Below are positions 1 through 10,572 of a DNA stretch of 64,000 bases, in pieces (the first letter of the stretch is position 1; every line of letters starts with the position of its first letter). This stretch comes from Spirochaetia bacterium (GTDB taxonomy: Bacteria; Spirochaetota; Spirochaetia; CADAEX01). The notes below the pieces were generated by a model, which saw only the letters and a program-made list of their open reading frames with translations, was not told where the DNA came from and searched no databases. The position numbers were made by a program, and so were the translations under genes. The DNA lies in contig CAXXHA010000013.1 of the NCBI GenBank assembly GCA_963662265.2, positions 1-64,000 of the forward strand, in the 5' to 3' direction.

Positions 1-1371
1 ATTGTGAATTAATGATCCGCAGGAATACACCACATTGGGAACATATCCTTCTCTTTCTTCATCATTAGGTATTAAAAGAGGTTCTTCCAGCTGACAAATA
101 ACCTTTTCCGGATTTTCCAGATCAAGAAGAGTAATTCCCAGGCAGTATTCTCTCATTGGACCAACTCCATGTGTTATAAGCAGCCATCCTTTTTCTGATT
201 CAACCGGAGATCCGCAGTTTCCCATCTGAACGAATTCCCATGGATACTTTGGTTCCTCTATTATTTTTGCCTGCTGCCATTCCTGGATATTTTTCGAAAA
301 CATGATGTAATTACTCACACCGTCTATACGTGAGACCATTGCATATTGTCCATTTATTTTCCTGGGGAAAAGAGCCATCCCTTTGTTTTGTGCGCAGTTT
401 CCAAGCAGCGGCTTTACAGCAAAATGATAAAAATCCTTTGTTGTCAGTATTTTAGGCAATATGGCAAATCCATTGTAAGCAGTAAATGTGGCATAATAGT
501 TTACACTGCCATCTTCCTCTGTAAATTTAACAAATCTGGCATCTTCAATACCGTTTTTTTCTGCATCAGAAACAGGAAATATTACCCGTTCAGAAATAGC
601 TGTATCAAGAGAAAATGTTATTTCGTAATGAGCGTTTGCAAGCCAGACCAGAGAATTGATAACATTTTTCTTTGAGTATGATAATTTCACATCCTTAACA
701 CACTGATGTATACTTTCCTGGAGTTCATTATAGGAAAAATTTTCACCAAGCCTTTTCATTATCAGCTCAATAATATCTTTGTGTATATCCATTTCCTCCA
801 GTTTTATATTAAACTGATTTTTATTATATAATGATTTTTTTATAATTTCCGGTTGCTCCACATAATCATTGACCGGTTTAAAACTAATATTATTATTTTT
901 ATCTATTATTCCACTTCTGAACACTATTGAGGAAATATGTCCTTCTCCGGTTGCCCGGAAGCTGGCTATAATTCTTTTATCCCCTTCTTCAAGGTGAGAT
1001 TGATCAGGGTCTTCTATAATGGAGGGATTGAAGAACGCAGCAGATTCAATCGAATATTCGTGGGAGAAATATGAACCTATTAGAAGCTTTCTTTCCGGGG
1101 AAAGAGATTCCTGAGATACATTAAGATCCTTCAGAATATGTGCGATATAGTTGAAATGTCTGTCAAAAATCTTTGTAATGTTTCTATGTCTGTGTGCAAA
1201 GTGTCCCAGTGTCCGTTTAAGAATTTTTTTAACTTCATCCTCTGAAAGGGCAAGTACTTTTTTTATTATATATTCGCCTCTTTCATTTCCCCCCGGCAGG
1301 TAGAAGCGGGTGATGACCCTTTTAGGGTCGGGATAAAACCTGTTTGACATTCTTTTAACTGGTATTGCCAT
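1..1371 (-). CDS. Glycoside hydrolase family 130 (glycosidase/mannoside phosphorylase-like), 3' end outside window
   Basis: Absent from the ORF track because it has no stop in the window. ATG at 1371 (MAIPVKRMSNRFYPDPKRVITRFY) is in frame with C-terminal GH130 motifs WLLITHGVGPMREY and EREGYVPNVVYSCGSLIHN. Confidence 0.85.
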   Translation of the reverse strand, partial: MAIPVKRMSNRFYPDPKRVITRFYLPGGNERGEYIIKKVLALSEDEVKKILKRTLGHFAHRHRNITKIFDRHFNYIAHILKDLNVSQESLSPERKLLIGSYFSHEYSIESAAFFNPSIIEDPDQSHLEEGDKRIIASFRATGEGHISSIVFRSGIIDKNNNISFKPVNDYVEQPEIIKKSLYNKNQFNIKLEEMDIHKDIIELIMKRLGENFSYNELQESIHQCVKDVKLSYSKKNVINSLVWLANAHYEITFSLDTAISERVIFPVSDAEKNGIEDARFVKFTEEDGSVNYYATFTAYNGFAILPKILTTKDFYHFAVKPLLGNCAQNKGMALFPRKINGQYAMVSRIDGVSNYIMFSKNIQEWQQAKIIEEPKYPWEFVQMGNCGSPVESEKGWLLITHGVGPMREYCLGITLLDLENPEKVICQLEEPLLIPNDEEREGYVPNVVYSCGSLIHN

Positions 1372-1595
1372 AATGAATATGTTATCCTATTTTTTCTCTA
1401 TATTAAAAGTTATAATCTATAATAGTGCTAGTTACAATGAATCATAAGATTCTGTAGTCTTTTTTTTATGAATATTTGGCATGAAATACTTATATTATAA
1501 TTATTAACTGTAGAAGGTAATTAAAAACCAAATAACTTAAATTTCTGATATTTTTATTGGATATGGCGGAAATAAAATAATGGCGGTGAATTTTT

Positions 1596-2429
1596 GTGAA
1601 TAATAATGTTTTAAAAACGTTTAACAGTCTTGACTGCAGGATAAAAGATTTAATCAAATTTATTCTATTTGCAGCTTTTATGGTGTATATAATTGCCGAG
1701 GGGGCAGGAACTCTTCAGTATGACTGGCAATGGTTCCGGGTAAAACGGTATTTTTATAAATTCAACGAAACCGGGTTTTATCCAGGCCCCCTGATGAAAG
1801 GATTATTTGTTACAATTAAAATATCCTCTTTAAGTCTTGTTTTTACAGTTCTTATCGGGTTGGCTACTGCAGTTATGAGGCTCTCAAATTCTGTAATGTC
1901 CAGAATTACTGCCAGATTTTATCTTGAAGCTGTCCGGAATACACCACTTCTTATACAGCTGTTTTTTATATACTTTGTTGTCTCTCCGATTTTTAATTTT
2001 TCAGCATTTTTATCAGCTGTAATTGCTCTTTCACTTTTTGAAGGAGCTTATACTTCTGAAATTATCAGGGCGGGGATTCTGGCTGTTCCTCAGGGGCAGT
2101 GGGAAGCTGCTAAAAGTCTTGGAATGGGACAAGCTTCCATATATTTTAGAATAATCTTTCCGCAGTCATTGCGGCAGAGCCTTCCTATTCTGGTCAGTCA
2201 GATAATCTCACTTATTAAAGATTCCTCCCTTGTAAGTACAATTGCAATTTATGATCTCACGATGAGAGGGCAGGAAATTATTGCTGATACTTTTCTCACA
2301 TTTGAAATTTGGTTTACAGTTGCAGCTGTGTATCTTGTAATAACAACCACTTTAAGTGAAGTTGTAAACTACCTTGAAAAGAAGAATAATCGCAAAACAG
2401 GTAAAAAAATATTTGATTCTGAATGCTGA
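1596..2429 (+). CDS. Polar amino acid ABC transporter permease
   Basis: RNTPLLIQLF and AYTSEIIRAGILAVPQGQWEAAKSLG motifs of the HisM/GlnP family. Confidence 0.93.
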   Translation: MNNNVLKTFNSLDCRIKDLIKFILFAAFMVYIIAEGAGTLQYDWQWFRVKRYFYKFNETGFYPGPLMKGLFVTIKISSLSLVFTVLIGLATAVMRLSNSVMSRITARFYLEAVRNTPLLIQLFFIYFVVSPIFNFSAFLSAVIALSLFEGAYTSEIIRAGILAVPQGQWEAAKSLGMGQASIYFRIIFPQSLRQSLPILVSQIISLIKDSSLVSTIAIYDLTMRGQEIIADTFLTFEIWFTVAAVYLVITTTLSEVVNYLEKKNNRKTGKKIFDSEC

Positions 2430-2537
2430 ATCCCCTATCTTAGTAGTATAGATTAAATATTTGGGATATCGGCCGTATTTTTCCGGATGAGATATCATTC
2501 CCGGATAGGTTAATATCGTCTATCAAGGAGTTAAAAA

Positions 2538-3359
2538 GTGAAGAAAATATTATTTGCAGTATTGATTGCAGTAGCTTTGCTGATGGTTTCCTGTTCAGGT
2601 AAATCAGAATCAGCTGAGGAAAAGAAAGAAACAAGTCTTATTGATGAAATTCTGAAAAGAGGCACTCTGAAAGTAGGTATGTCGACATTTGTCCCATGGG
2701 CAATGAAAGATAAGGAAGGCACTCTTATTGGTTTTGAAATTGATGTAGCAAGACGTCTGGCAGAAGATATGGGTGTAGAAATAGAGTTTATCCCGACAAA
2801 ATGGTCAGGAATTATTCCGGCCCTTTTAACAGGTAAATTTGATGTAATAATCGGCGGAATGGGTATAAGGGCTGAAAGAAACCTTAAAGTGAATTTTTCA
2901 ATCCCTTATGATTATACAGGTATGTCTATAGTAGCAGACAGAAAAAGTGTTCCGGGATTTACTAAAATAGAAGATTTTAATAAAAAAGGGTTGGTAATTG
3001 CAGCAAGAATCGGTACAACAGCTGCGACTGCTGTTAAAAAAATCATGCCTGAAGCTGAATTAAAACTTTTTGATGATGAATCACAGGCTGTCCAGGAGCT
3101 TTTAAACGGAAGAGCTGATGCAGTAGTTGCATCAGCACCTCTTCCTGCATATCAGGCATTAAAGTATCCGGAAAAACTTTATCTCCCTTTTGATGACAAT
3201 TTTACAAAAGAGCCGATAGGTTTTGCACTTCGGAAAGGTGATGTTGATACACTGAATTTCTTTAACAGCTGGATAACTGTTGTTGAATCAGAGGGCTGGC
3301 TTGCTGAAACAAAGCACTATTGGTTTAATACCAGAGACTGGGCATCAAGAATAGAATAA
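2538..3359 (+). CDS. Polar amino acid ABC transporter substrate-binding lipoprotein
   Basis: Lipobox (MVSC), GFEIDVA...WSGIIPALLTGKFDVII (SBP_bac_3); AAGGAG RBS. Confidence 0.93.
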   Translation: MKKILFAVLIAVALLMVSCSGKSESAEEKKETSLIDEILKRGTLKVGMSTFVPWAMKDKEGTLIGFEIDVARRLAEDMGVEIEFIPTKWSGIIPALLTGKFDVIIGGMGIRAERNLKVNFSIPYDYTGMSIVADRKSVPGFTKIEDFNKKGLVIAARIGTTAATAVKKIMPEAELKLFDDESQAVQELLNGRADAVVASAPLPAYQALKYPEKLYLPFDDNFTKEPIGFALRKGDVDTLNFFNSWITVVESEGWLAETKHYWFNTRDWASRIE

Positions 3360-3387
3360 TTTAAACAAGAAATATAACGGATTATAT

Positions 3388-3422
3388 AAAAGCTGCAGAG
3401 TTTTAAGCTTTGCAGCTTTTTT
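3388..3422 (+). terminator. Intrinsic terminator/stabilising hairpin after SBP gene
   Basis: AAAAGCTGCAGAG...CTTTGCAGCTTTTTT. Confidence 0.7.
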
Positions 3423-3429
3423 AAATGAG

Positions 3430-4329
3430 TTGTTGCAAATGGGTAAGGCAGTGGAAAAAAAAGAACTGAAAATTACATGGCTTGATTATCTGATTTCTCT
3501 GATAATAATTGGGACAGTTGTCTTCATTTTTTACAGACTAAAGGCCGGGCTTAATTACAAGTGGAGATGGGAGGTTCTTCCTCAGTATATTATCAGGAGA
3601 AAATCTGACGGAAGCGGTGTTGTCCCCGGTTTATTGATGCAAGGATTTTTTGTAACACTGAAGATTAGTATATGGTCTACAATAATTGCTACGCTAATTG
3701 GTGTTGTAATGGGGGTTATAAGAAGCGGTTCCGGTTTTTTCTCGAAAATATCAGGCTGGCTCTATGTTCAGATTGTGAGAAATATTCCCCCCTTGGTTCT
3801 GGTTTTTATTTTTTACTTTTTTTTCAGCAGTTTTATTATTGATTTTTTCGGTATAGATGATTGGGTTTTAACTTTGACTCCCTCAGGAAGGAAAATCCTT
3901 GCTTTTTTATTTGTTTCCCCTTCTCGTTTCTCTTCTTTTATATCAGCTGTTATTGCAATGAGTATTTATGAAGGGGCTTATATTACAGAAATTGTCCGGG
4001 CCGGTATTAATTCTGTCGCCTCGGGGCAGTGGGAGGCATCCCGTGCGCTGGGTTTGAGCGGAAACCAGATTCTTCGGTATGTTGTTCTTCCCCAGGCGCT
4101 GCGGAATATTCTCCCCCCCCTGTCAGGGCAGTTCATTTCTACAATAAAAGACTCTGCTATTGTCTCTGTTATCTCGATTCAGGAGCTGACATTTCAGGGG
4201 CTTGAAATAATGGCAGCAACATATCTTACATTTGAAATATGGATTACTATAACAGTTCTTTATTTTGTCATGACTTTTACATGTTCTATTGCGTTTGAAA
4301 AGCTTTTTTTATATTTTAAGAGAAACTGA
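3430..4329 (+). CDS. Polar amino acid ABC transporter permease
   Basis: RNIPPLV, AYITEIVRAGINSVASGQWEASRALG; true start may be ATG 3439 or GTG 3451. Confidence 0.92.
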   Translation: MLQMGKAVEKKELKITWLDYLISLIIIGTVVFIFYRLKAGLNYKWRWEVLPQYIIRRKSDGSGVVPGLLMQGFFVTLKISIWSTIIATLIGVVMGVIRSGSGFFSKISGWLYVQIVRNIPPLVLVFIFYFFFSSFIIDFFGIDDWVLTLTPSGRKILAFLFVSPSRFSSFISAVIAMSIYEGAYITEIVRAGINSVASGQWEASRALGLSGNQILRYVVLPQALRNILPPLSGQFISTIKDSAIVSVISIQELTFQGLEIMAATYLTFEIWITITVLYFVMTFTCSIAFEKLFLYFKRN

Positions 4330-4404
4330 TTAATTAAGAGGGGATTATATCCCTTAATAAGTATATAATTGGTAAAAATAATTATGAAACAAAAGGGATA
4401 AGAC

Positions 4405-5367
4405 ATGATCTGGGCGGAATTTTCCATTACAGCTGTACTTGTAATATTTTTCGGTTATAAGCTTTCTGATAAAGCTGATAAGCTTGCAGAGATCAAAGGG
4501 TTCGGCAAAGGTGTCGTAGGATTTATTCTTCTTGGTTTTGCTACTTCTCTACCGGAACTGATTGCTACTGTGTCTTCTACTCTTCTTCTTGATAACCCTG
4601 ATCTCGGTGCAGGTAATATAATAGGAAGCAATAATGCAAACCTGTTTATCCTTGCTGTTTCCCTTCTTTTTGTACTTTCTCTGAGAAAAAAGAATAATGC
4701 GCTTGATGTTGAAAGTCTTGTTTCCCTTTCTTTCTGTTTTCTGACCGCATCTGTTTTTTTTGCCGCATTTCTTTTCGGAGGAAGACCTGTATTCGGAAAG
4801 GTCTCATTGTTCAGCATCCTTATGCTGATTTTCTTTTTTGCAAGTATATCAGCCCTTACACAGCACAGTTCTGATGAAGAAGGAGATGAAAGAGATCCCG
4901 GACATGCAGGGCCTGTTTTTTACACACTTCTTATCTTCTATATAATAGTGCTTGTTGTTGTAAGTTATTACCTTGCAGGTGTTGTCGAAAGGATCAGTAT
5001 TCTGACCGGATTGAGCTCATCTTCTGCAGGCGCGATATTTCTTGCATGGGCTACTTCTCTTCCTGAACTTGTTGTCACTATTTCTGCGATTATCATTGGA
5101 AGCAGTGAAATGGGTATCGGTAATATCCTTGGCAGCAATATTTTTAATTTTGCAATTCTTTCAATTGCTGATTTTCTTTCAAAAAGCAGTAAGTCTATCT
5201 ATGAGGCAGGTCCAGAAATTCCTGTTCTTACTGCAGTGCACTTTTTCATTCTTTCCATTCTTATGTACATGGTTTCAGCTAAAAAACTCCCCCGGTGGTG
5301 GAAGCTTTCCCCGCTTTCTATCCTGATTGCTGCTGTTTATATTGGGGGACTTCTTCTTATCCTGTAG
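4405..5367 (+). CDS. Sodium:calcium (CaCA/YrbG-like) antiporter
   Basis: Two alpha repeats ATSLPEL...GNIIGSN and ATSLPEL...GNILGSN. Confidence 0.9.
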   Translation: MIWAEFSITAVLVIFFGYKLSDKADKLAEIKGFGKGVVGFILLGFATSLPELIATVSSTLLLDNPDLGAGNIIGSNNANLFILAVSLLFVLSLRKKNNALDVESLVSLSFCFLTASVFFAAFLFGGRPVFGKVSLFSILMLIFFFASISALTQHSSDEEGDERDPGHAGPVFYTLLIFYIIVLVVVSYYLAGVVERISILTGLSSSSAGAIFLAWATSLPELVVTISAIIIGSSEMGIGNILGSNIFNFAILSIADFLSKSSKSIYEAGPEIPVLTAVHFFILSILMYMVSAKKLPRWWKLSPLSILIAAVYIGGLLLIL

Positions 5368-5592
5368 GTAAAAATCATCAGCAAGCTTGATTGCACTGGA
5401 TCAGACTGAAATGATATTCCCGCAGGTTCAGTTATCTGTTCTGTATTTTCTTTACGGATTTCCAATGCTTCTGTTTGATAAAGTGATTTTCTGTTGATAA
5501 TGTGAATCCTGCCACAATAAAGATACATTTTTGTAAATTAATGCAACTGTAAAGTTTATTAAGAAAACTGCCTCGATTTTTTTTCTTTTACC

Positions 5593-5620
5593 TTGACATT
5601 TTTCGGGGTGCTATTACAAT
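5593..5620 (+). promoter_or_regulatory. Sigma70-type promoter of V-ATPase operon
   Basis: TTGACA-N16-TACAAT, 35 nt upstream of the first ATG. Confidence 0.55.
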
Positions 5621-5655
5621 TGAATCATAAATAACGACTCTGTGCGAGGATTATA

Positions 5656-6276
5656 ATGGAAGTCCAACTTAAGGAACTAATTGAAAAAATTAAGAAAGAC
5701 GGCGTTGAAACAGCGGAAGGAAAAGCTTCTCAGATTGTAAAAGATGCGGAAGCTAAAGCTGCTGAAATTGTAGCAAAAGCAAACAATGACGCCGCTCAGA
5801 TTGTGGCAAAGGCAAAAGAAGATGCGGCAAAATCTGAGCAGACTGGCGAGGAAGCTTTAAAACAGGCAGGTAGAGACCTTGTTTTAAATCTTCAAACACA
5901 AATCACAGATCTTTTCAATGTAATTATTAAAGACGAAGTTGCATCAGCAATGGATGAAAAGGTTCTGGGTGAAACTATTGTTAAGCTGATCAGCTCCTGG
6001 AAAGGTGATGTGTCAAAAATTCAGGTTCTTGTGTCTGAAAATGATCTTAACAATGTAGAAAAAAATCTGAAAGCTAAGCTTGCTGATAAGATTAAAAAAG
6101 GTTTTGAAGTTAAAGCTTCCAAAAACCTTGATGCAGGATTTCTTGTTTCAGAAAAAGATGGTTCTGCTTATCATAATTTTTCAGCTGAAGGTATTGCAGA
6201 AGTATTATCAGATTATCTGAACCCCAAACTGGCAGCGCTTGTAAGCGATGGGGTCAAGGGTAAAGCGGAGGCATAA
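5656..6276 (+). CDS. atpE: V-type ATP synthase subunit E
   Basis: MEVQLKELIEKIKKDGV coiled-coil N-terminus; first gene of V-ATPase operon. Confidence 0.9.
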   Translation: MEVQLKELIEKIKKDGVETAEGKASQIVKDAEAKAAEIVAKANNDAAQIVAKAKEDAAKSEQTGEEALKQAGRDLVLNLQTQITDLFNVIIKDEVASAMDEKVLGETIVKLISSWKGDVSKIQVLVSENDLNNVEKNLKAKLADKIKKGFEVKASKNLDAGFLVSEKDGSAYHNFSAEGIAEVLSDYLNPKLAALVSDGVKGKAEA

Positions 6277-6279
6277 GCC

Positions 6280-6816
6280 TTGGCAAATCAGTATTACTAC
6301 ACAGTATCTTCTTTGCCCATGTTATTTCTGGATTCTGAAAAATTCATGTCACAAGAGGAATTTTTCGAATGCTGCGAAACTACTATCTCTGAAAAAGATT
6401 TCAACACACTCAAATCTGCAAAAATTCTACCTGAAGAAAATCCTGACAACAGTGTTCTTGTAAAATGGAATAACTGGGAAAAGAGTTTAAGGGATGAACT
6501 TGTAAAATTAAGAGCAGCTAAAAAAGGTGTTGACGCTGACAAATACTCAAGCGGTAATGCAGGGGAATCAGGTGTTTTTGAACTAGCGAGGGATGCATTT
6601 AATGCTTCAACACCTCTCGAAGCTGAAACACTTCTTAACAGGGGCAGATGGGAGTATCTTGAGATGCTTGAATCCGGTCATTTCTTTGACCTCGGAAAGC
6701 TGATTATCTATTATCTTCAGCTTCAGATTCTTGAAAGAAAATCTCAGATCAACCACGAAAAAGGACAGCAGAATTTTAAAACCCTTTATTCGACAATTCT
6801 TGGAAAAGAAGAGTAA
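6280..6816 (+). CDS. V-type ATPase subunit C-like (DUF2764 family)
   Basis: YYYTVSSLPML start and HFFDLGKLIIYYLQLQILER; lies between subunits E and A. Confidence 0.8.
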   Translation: MANQYYYTVSSLPMLFLDSEKFMSQEEFFECCETTISEKDFNTLKSAKILPEENPDNSVLVKWNNWEKSLRDELVKLRAAKKGVDADKYSSGNAGESGVFELARDAFNASTPLEAETLLNRGRWEYLEMLESGHFFDLGKLIIYYLQLQILERKSQINHEKGQQNFKTLYSTILGKEE

Positions 6817-6874
6817 TAAAAATAAATTTTTGTTTTTAGGGTAAAAGAAGGACTGATTGTTGTAGAGGTAATTT

Positions 6875-8656
6875 ATGAATAAGAGTACAGGAAAGGTTGT
6901 CGGTGTAAACGGCAACATGGTAACTATCGAGGTTGAAGGTGAAGTCCTGATGAACGAAGTGGGGTATATCAAGGTAAATACCCCTGAAGGAGAAAAAAGC
7001 CTAAAGTCCGAGGTTATCCGAATTAACGGAAGCAATGCGGACCTGCAGGTCTTTGAAATGACCCGGGGAATCGGGATAGGCGACAGTGTGGAACTTACAC
7101 AGAACATGCTTGCCGTATCTCTCGGACCCGGTCTTCTCGGTAAAGTATATGACGGTCTTCAGAACCCGCTCCCTGAACTTGCAGAGGAATGCGGATTCTT
7201 CCTTGACAGGGGGGTATATCTCCCTGCGCTTCCAGAGGAAGTAAAATGGAAATTTACACCTGCTGTAAAAGCAGGCGATACAGTTGCAAGAGCAGATACA
7301 GTAGGAACAGTGCCTGAAGGTATTTTTAACCACAGGATTATGGTTCCTTTCAATATGTATGATACATATACAGTTAAATCAGTAGCAGCTGAAGGTGAAT
7401 ACACAGTTAATGATAAAATTGCAGAAATTGAAGATTCAAAAGGCAATGTTTATCCTCTGACAATGAAGTTTGAATGGCCGGTAAAAAGAGCAATTAATGC
7501 ATATGCAGAAAGACTCAAACCGGTAGATCCAATGGTAACAAAGGTAAGACTTGTAGATACATTCATGCCTGTTGCCAAGGGCGGTACATACTGTATCCCT
7601 GGTCCTTTCGGTGCCGGGAAAACAGTACTTCAGCAGATTACAAGTAAGAACGCTGAGGTTGATATAGTAATTATTGCTGCCTGCGGTGAACGAGCAGGGG
7701 AAGTTGTAGAAACTCTTAAAGAGTTCCCTGAACTTACAGACCCTAAAACAGGCAGATCTCTCATGGAGAGAACAATTATTATCTGTAATACAAGTTCAAT
7801 GCCTGTAGCTGCACGAGAAGCATCTGTATATACAGCTGTAACTCTCGGTGAGTACTACAGGCAGATGGGACTTAGTGTTCTTCTTCTTGCAGACTCAACA
7901 TCACGTTGGGCACAGGCGATGAGGGAGATGTCAGGACGTCTCGAAGAGATTCCCGGTGAAGAAGCATTCCCTGCTTATCTTGAATCAGTTATTGCTTCTT
8001 TCTATGAAAGGGCAGGTCTTGTAAGACTTAAAGACGGTACAGAAGGATCTGTTACAATCGGAGGAACAGTATCTCCTGCAGGCGGTAACTTTGAGGAACC
8101 TGTAACTCAGGCGACTCTTAAGGTAGTAGGTGCATTCCACGGTCTTTCAAGAGAGAGATCTGATGCTAGAAAGTATCCTGCGATCCACCCGCTTGAAAGC
8201 TGGAGTAAATACAAAGGTTCTGTAGATGCTGAAAAGACAGAATATGCAAGAGATATTCTTTTCAGAGGAAACGATGTTGGTCAGATGATGAAGGTTGTTG
8301 GTGAAGAAGGTACAAGTACTGATGACTATATCCTCTTCTTAAAGAGTGATCTTCTTGATTCAGTTTATCTTCAGCAGAACTCATTTGATGCAGTCGATAA
8401 TGCTGTAACTGTTGAGAGACAGAGACACATTTTTGAAGTAATCCTGAAAATTCTTTCTGCTAAATTCGATTTTACAGTTAAAGATGAAGCAAGACAGTAT
8501 TTTAATAATATGAGACAGCTCTTCCTTGACTATAACGGTACTCTCTGGGGTTCCGAGGATTTTAAAGCGAAAGAAAAAGAGTTACTTGAACATATTTCTT
8601 CTAAGCAGATTGGTGTTGAAGAAAACGCGGCTGAGCTGCTGGCAAATAATAATTAA
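6875..8656 (+). CDS. atpA: V-type ATP synthase subunit A
   Basis: Walker A GPFGAGKT, ACGERAGE, ADSTSRWAQA, PGEEAFPAYL. Confidence 0.97.
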   Translation: MNKSTGKVVGVNGNMVTIEVEGEVLMNEVGYIKVNTPEGEKSLKSEVIRINGSNADLQVFEMTRGIGIGDSVELTQNMLAVSLGPGLLGKVYDGLQNPLPELAEECGFFLDRGVYLPALPEEVKWKFTPAVKAGDTVARADTVGTVPEGIFNHRIMVPFNMYDTYTVKSVAAEGEYTVNDKIAEIEDSKGNVYPLTMKFEWPVKRAINAYAERLKPVDPMVTKVRLVDTFMPVAKGGTYCIPGPFGAGKTVLQQITSKNAEVDIVIIAACGERAGEVVETLKEFPELTDPKTGRSLMERTIIICNTSSMPVAAREASVYTAVTLGEYYRQMGLSVLLLADSTSRWAQAMREMSGRLEEIPGEEAFPAYLESVIASFYERAGLVRLKDGTEGSVTIGGTVSPAGGNFEEPVTQATLKVVGAFHGLSRERSDARKYPAIHPLESWSKYKGSVDAEKTEYARDILFRGNDVGQMMKVVGEEGTSTDDYILFLKSDLLDSVYLQQNSFDAVDNAVTVERQRHIFEVILKILSAKFDFTVKDEARQYFNNMRQLFLDYNGTLWGSEDFKAKEKELLEHISSKQIGVEENAAELLANNN

Positions 8657-8668
8657 GGGGCAGAAGGA

Positions 8669-9970
8669 ATGCGTAAGGTTTACAGTAAAATAGAATCAAT
8701 TGCAGGAAACGTAATTACAGTTACTGCTGACGGGGTAAAGTATGATGACCTTGCTGAAGTAAGTTCAGCTCACGGTAAATCACTTGCCCAGGTCATCAGG
8801 CTTAACGGTGATAAGGTTGCCCTTCAGGTTTTTGCAGGTGGTAGAGGTATTTCAACAGGTGATGAAGTAAGATTCCTTAACCATCCAATGCAGGTTTCCT
8901 TTTCAGAAAATCTTCTCGGAAGAATTTTTGACGGGGGGGGGAAACCAAGAGATAATGGACCTGAACTTAAAGATAACATGATTGAGATCGGGGGTCCTTC
9001 AGTTAACCCTGCAAAAAGAATTATTCCGGTTAACATGGTAAGAACTGGTATCCCTATGATTGATGTATTCAACTCTCTTGTTGAATCTCAGAAACTTCCT
9101 ATTTTCTCATCTTCAGGGGAACCATACAATGAACTCCTTGCACGAATTGCGATGCAGGCGGAAGTTGATATGATTATCCTTGGTGGTATGGGACTTAAAT
9201 ATGATGACTATCTCTTCTTTAAAGATACACTTGAAGAGGGTGGAGCATTAAGTAGAACAACATTCTTTGTTCATACAGCTTCTGACCCGATTGTTGAGTG
9301 TCTTCTTGTACCTGATATGTCTCTTGCAGTAGCAGAAAAATTTGCTCTTGAAGGTAAAAAAGTACTTGTACTTCTTACTGACATGACAAACTTTGCAGAT
9401 GCTATGAAAGAGGTTGCGATCACTATGGAACAGGTGCCTTCCAACCGAGGTTATCCTGGAGACCTTTACTCACAGCTTGCATCCCGATATGAGAAAGCTG
9501 TTGACTTTGAAGGAGCAGGATCTATTACAATCCTTGCAGTAACAACTATGCCTGGTGATGATGTAACTCACCCTGTACCTGATAACACAGGATATATTAC
9601 AGAGGGACAGTTCTATCTTAAGAACGGAAGGATTGAGCCTTTCGGTTCACTTTCCAGGCTTAAACAGCAGGTTAATAAAGACACAAGAGAAGACCATAGA
9701 GCTCTCATGGATGGAATGATCAAACTGTATGCGGCATACAAGGAATCACTTGAAAAGAAATCAATGGGTTTCAGAATGTCAGACTGGGATACAAAACTCC
9801 TTGAATACGGTGCTACTTTCGAAAGAGAACTCATGGACCTTTCTGTAAATATTCCTCTTGAAAAAGCTCTTGATAAGGGCTGGGAAATATTTGCCAAGTG
9901 TTTCAAACCTGAGGAAACAGGTATGCGATCAGAACTCCTTAATAAGTTCTGGCCGAAGGAAGAGAAATAG
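8669..9970 (+). CDS. atpB: V-type ATP synthase subunit B
   Basis: [35 protein letters not shown]. Confidence 0.97.
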   Translation: MRKVYSKIESIAGNVITVTADGVKYDDLAEVSSAHGKSLAQVIRLNGDKVALQVFAGGRGISTGDEVRFLNHPMQVSFSENLLGRIFDGGGKPRDNGPELKDNMIEIGGPSVNPAKRIIPVNMVRTGIPMIDVFNSLVESQKLPIFSSSGEPYNELLARIAMQAEVDMIILGGMGLKYDDYLFFKDTLEEGGALSRTTFFVHTASDPIVECLLVPDMSLAVAEKFALEGKKVLVLLTDMTNFADAMKEVAITMEQVPSNRGYPGDLYSQLASRYEKAVDFEGAGSITILAVTTMPGDDVTHPVPDNTGYITEGQFYLKNGRIEPFGSLSRLKQQVNKDTREDHRALMDGMIKLYAAYKESLEKKSMGFRMSDWDTKLLEYGATFERELMDLSVNIPLEKALDKGWEIFAKCFKPEETGMRSELLNKFWPKEEK

Positions 9971-9973
9971 AAT

Positions 9974-10570
9974 ATGGCAAATATCAAACTGACTAAGAAT
10001 GAACTCAAGAAACAGAAAGATGCCCTCAAAAGATATACAAGGTTCCTTCCGACTCTTATGCTCAAGAAACAGCAGCTCCAGCTTGTTATGAGACAGGTTG
10101 AGTCTGAAATCAAGGATAAGAAAGCGGAAAGAGATAAGTTTGAAGAAAATGTTTTTTCATGGGTAGATGTTTTCGGTGAAGAGGTCGGTTTTGATAAGCT
10201 TGTAAAAGTAAAATCTCTCGAAATAGAAGATGGTAATATCGCAGGTGTTGATATCCCGATATTTAAAGGCATAGAATTCGATTTTACCGAATACAATATT
10301 TTTGAAATGCCTTTATGGGTAGATGCGGCAGTAGACAATGTATCCAAGCTTCTTGCTTTTGATGAAGAGGTAAAGGTACTTGAAAGGCAGCTTTTCCTTC
10401 TCGGAGAAGAGCTCAGGACCACCACTCAGAGAGTAAATCTCTTTGAAAAAGTTAAGATTCCTGAATCAAAGAATAATATCCGAATGATTCAGATCTATCT
10501 TGGTGACCAGCAGACTGCTGCTGTAGTACGGGGGAAAATGGCTAAAAATAAACTGGTGAAGGTGTCGTAG
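9974..10570 (+). CDS. atpD: V-type ATP synthase subunit D
   Basis: LPTLMLKKQQL, TTQRVNLFEKVKIP. Confidence 0.95.
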   Translation: MANIKLTKNELKKQKDALKRYTRFLPTLMLKKQQLQLVMRQVESEIKDKKAERDKFEENVFSWVDVFGEEVGFDKLVKVKSLEIEDGNIAGVDIPIFKGIEFDFTEYNIFEMPLWVDAAVDNVSKLLAFDEEVKVLERQLFLLGEELRTTTQRVNLFEKVKIPESKNNIRMIQIYLGDQQTAAVVRGKMAKNKLVKVS

Positions 10571-10572
10571 CT

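Noticed and set aside
346-675. 109-aa + strand ORF
   Set aside because: Antisense to the GH130 gene.
1477-1492. TGGCAT as a sigma-54 promoter
   Set aside because: No -12 TTGC element.
9613-10425. 270-aa minus-strand ORF (also 43295-44011 and many shorter antisense ORFs)
   Set aside because: Antisense to well-supported genes, with no motifs.
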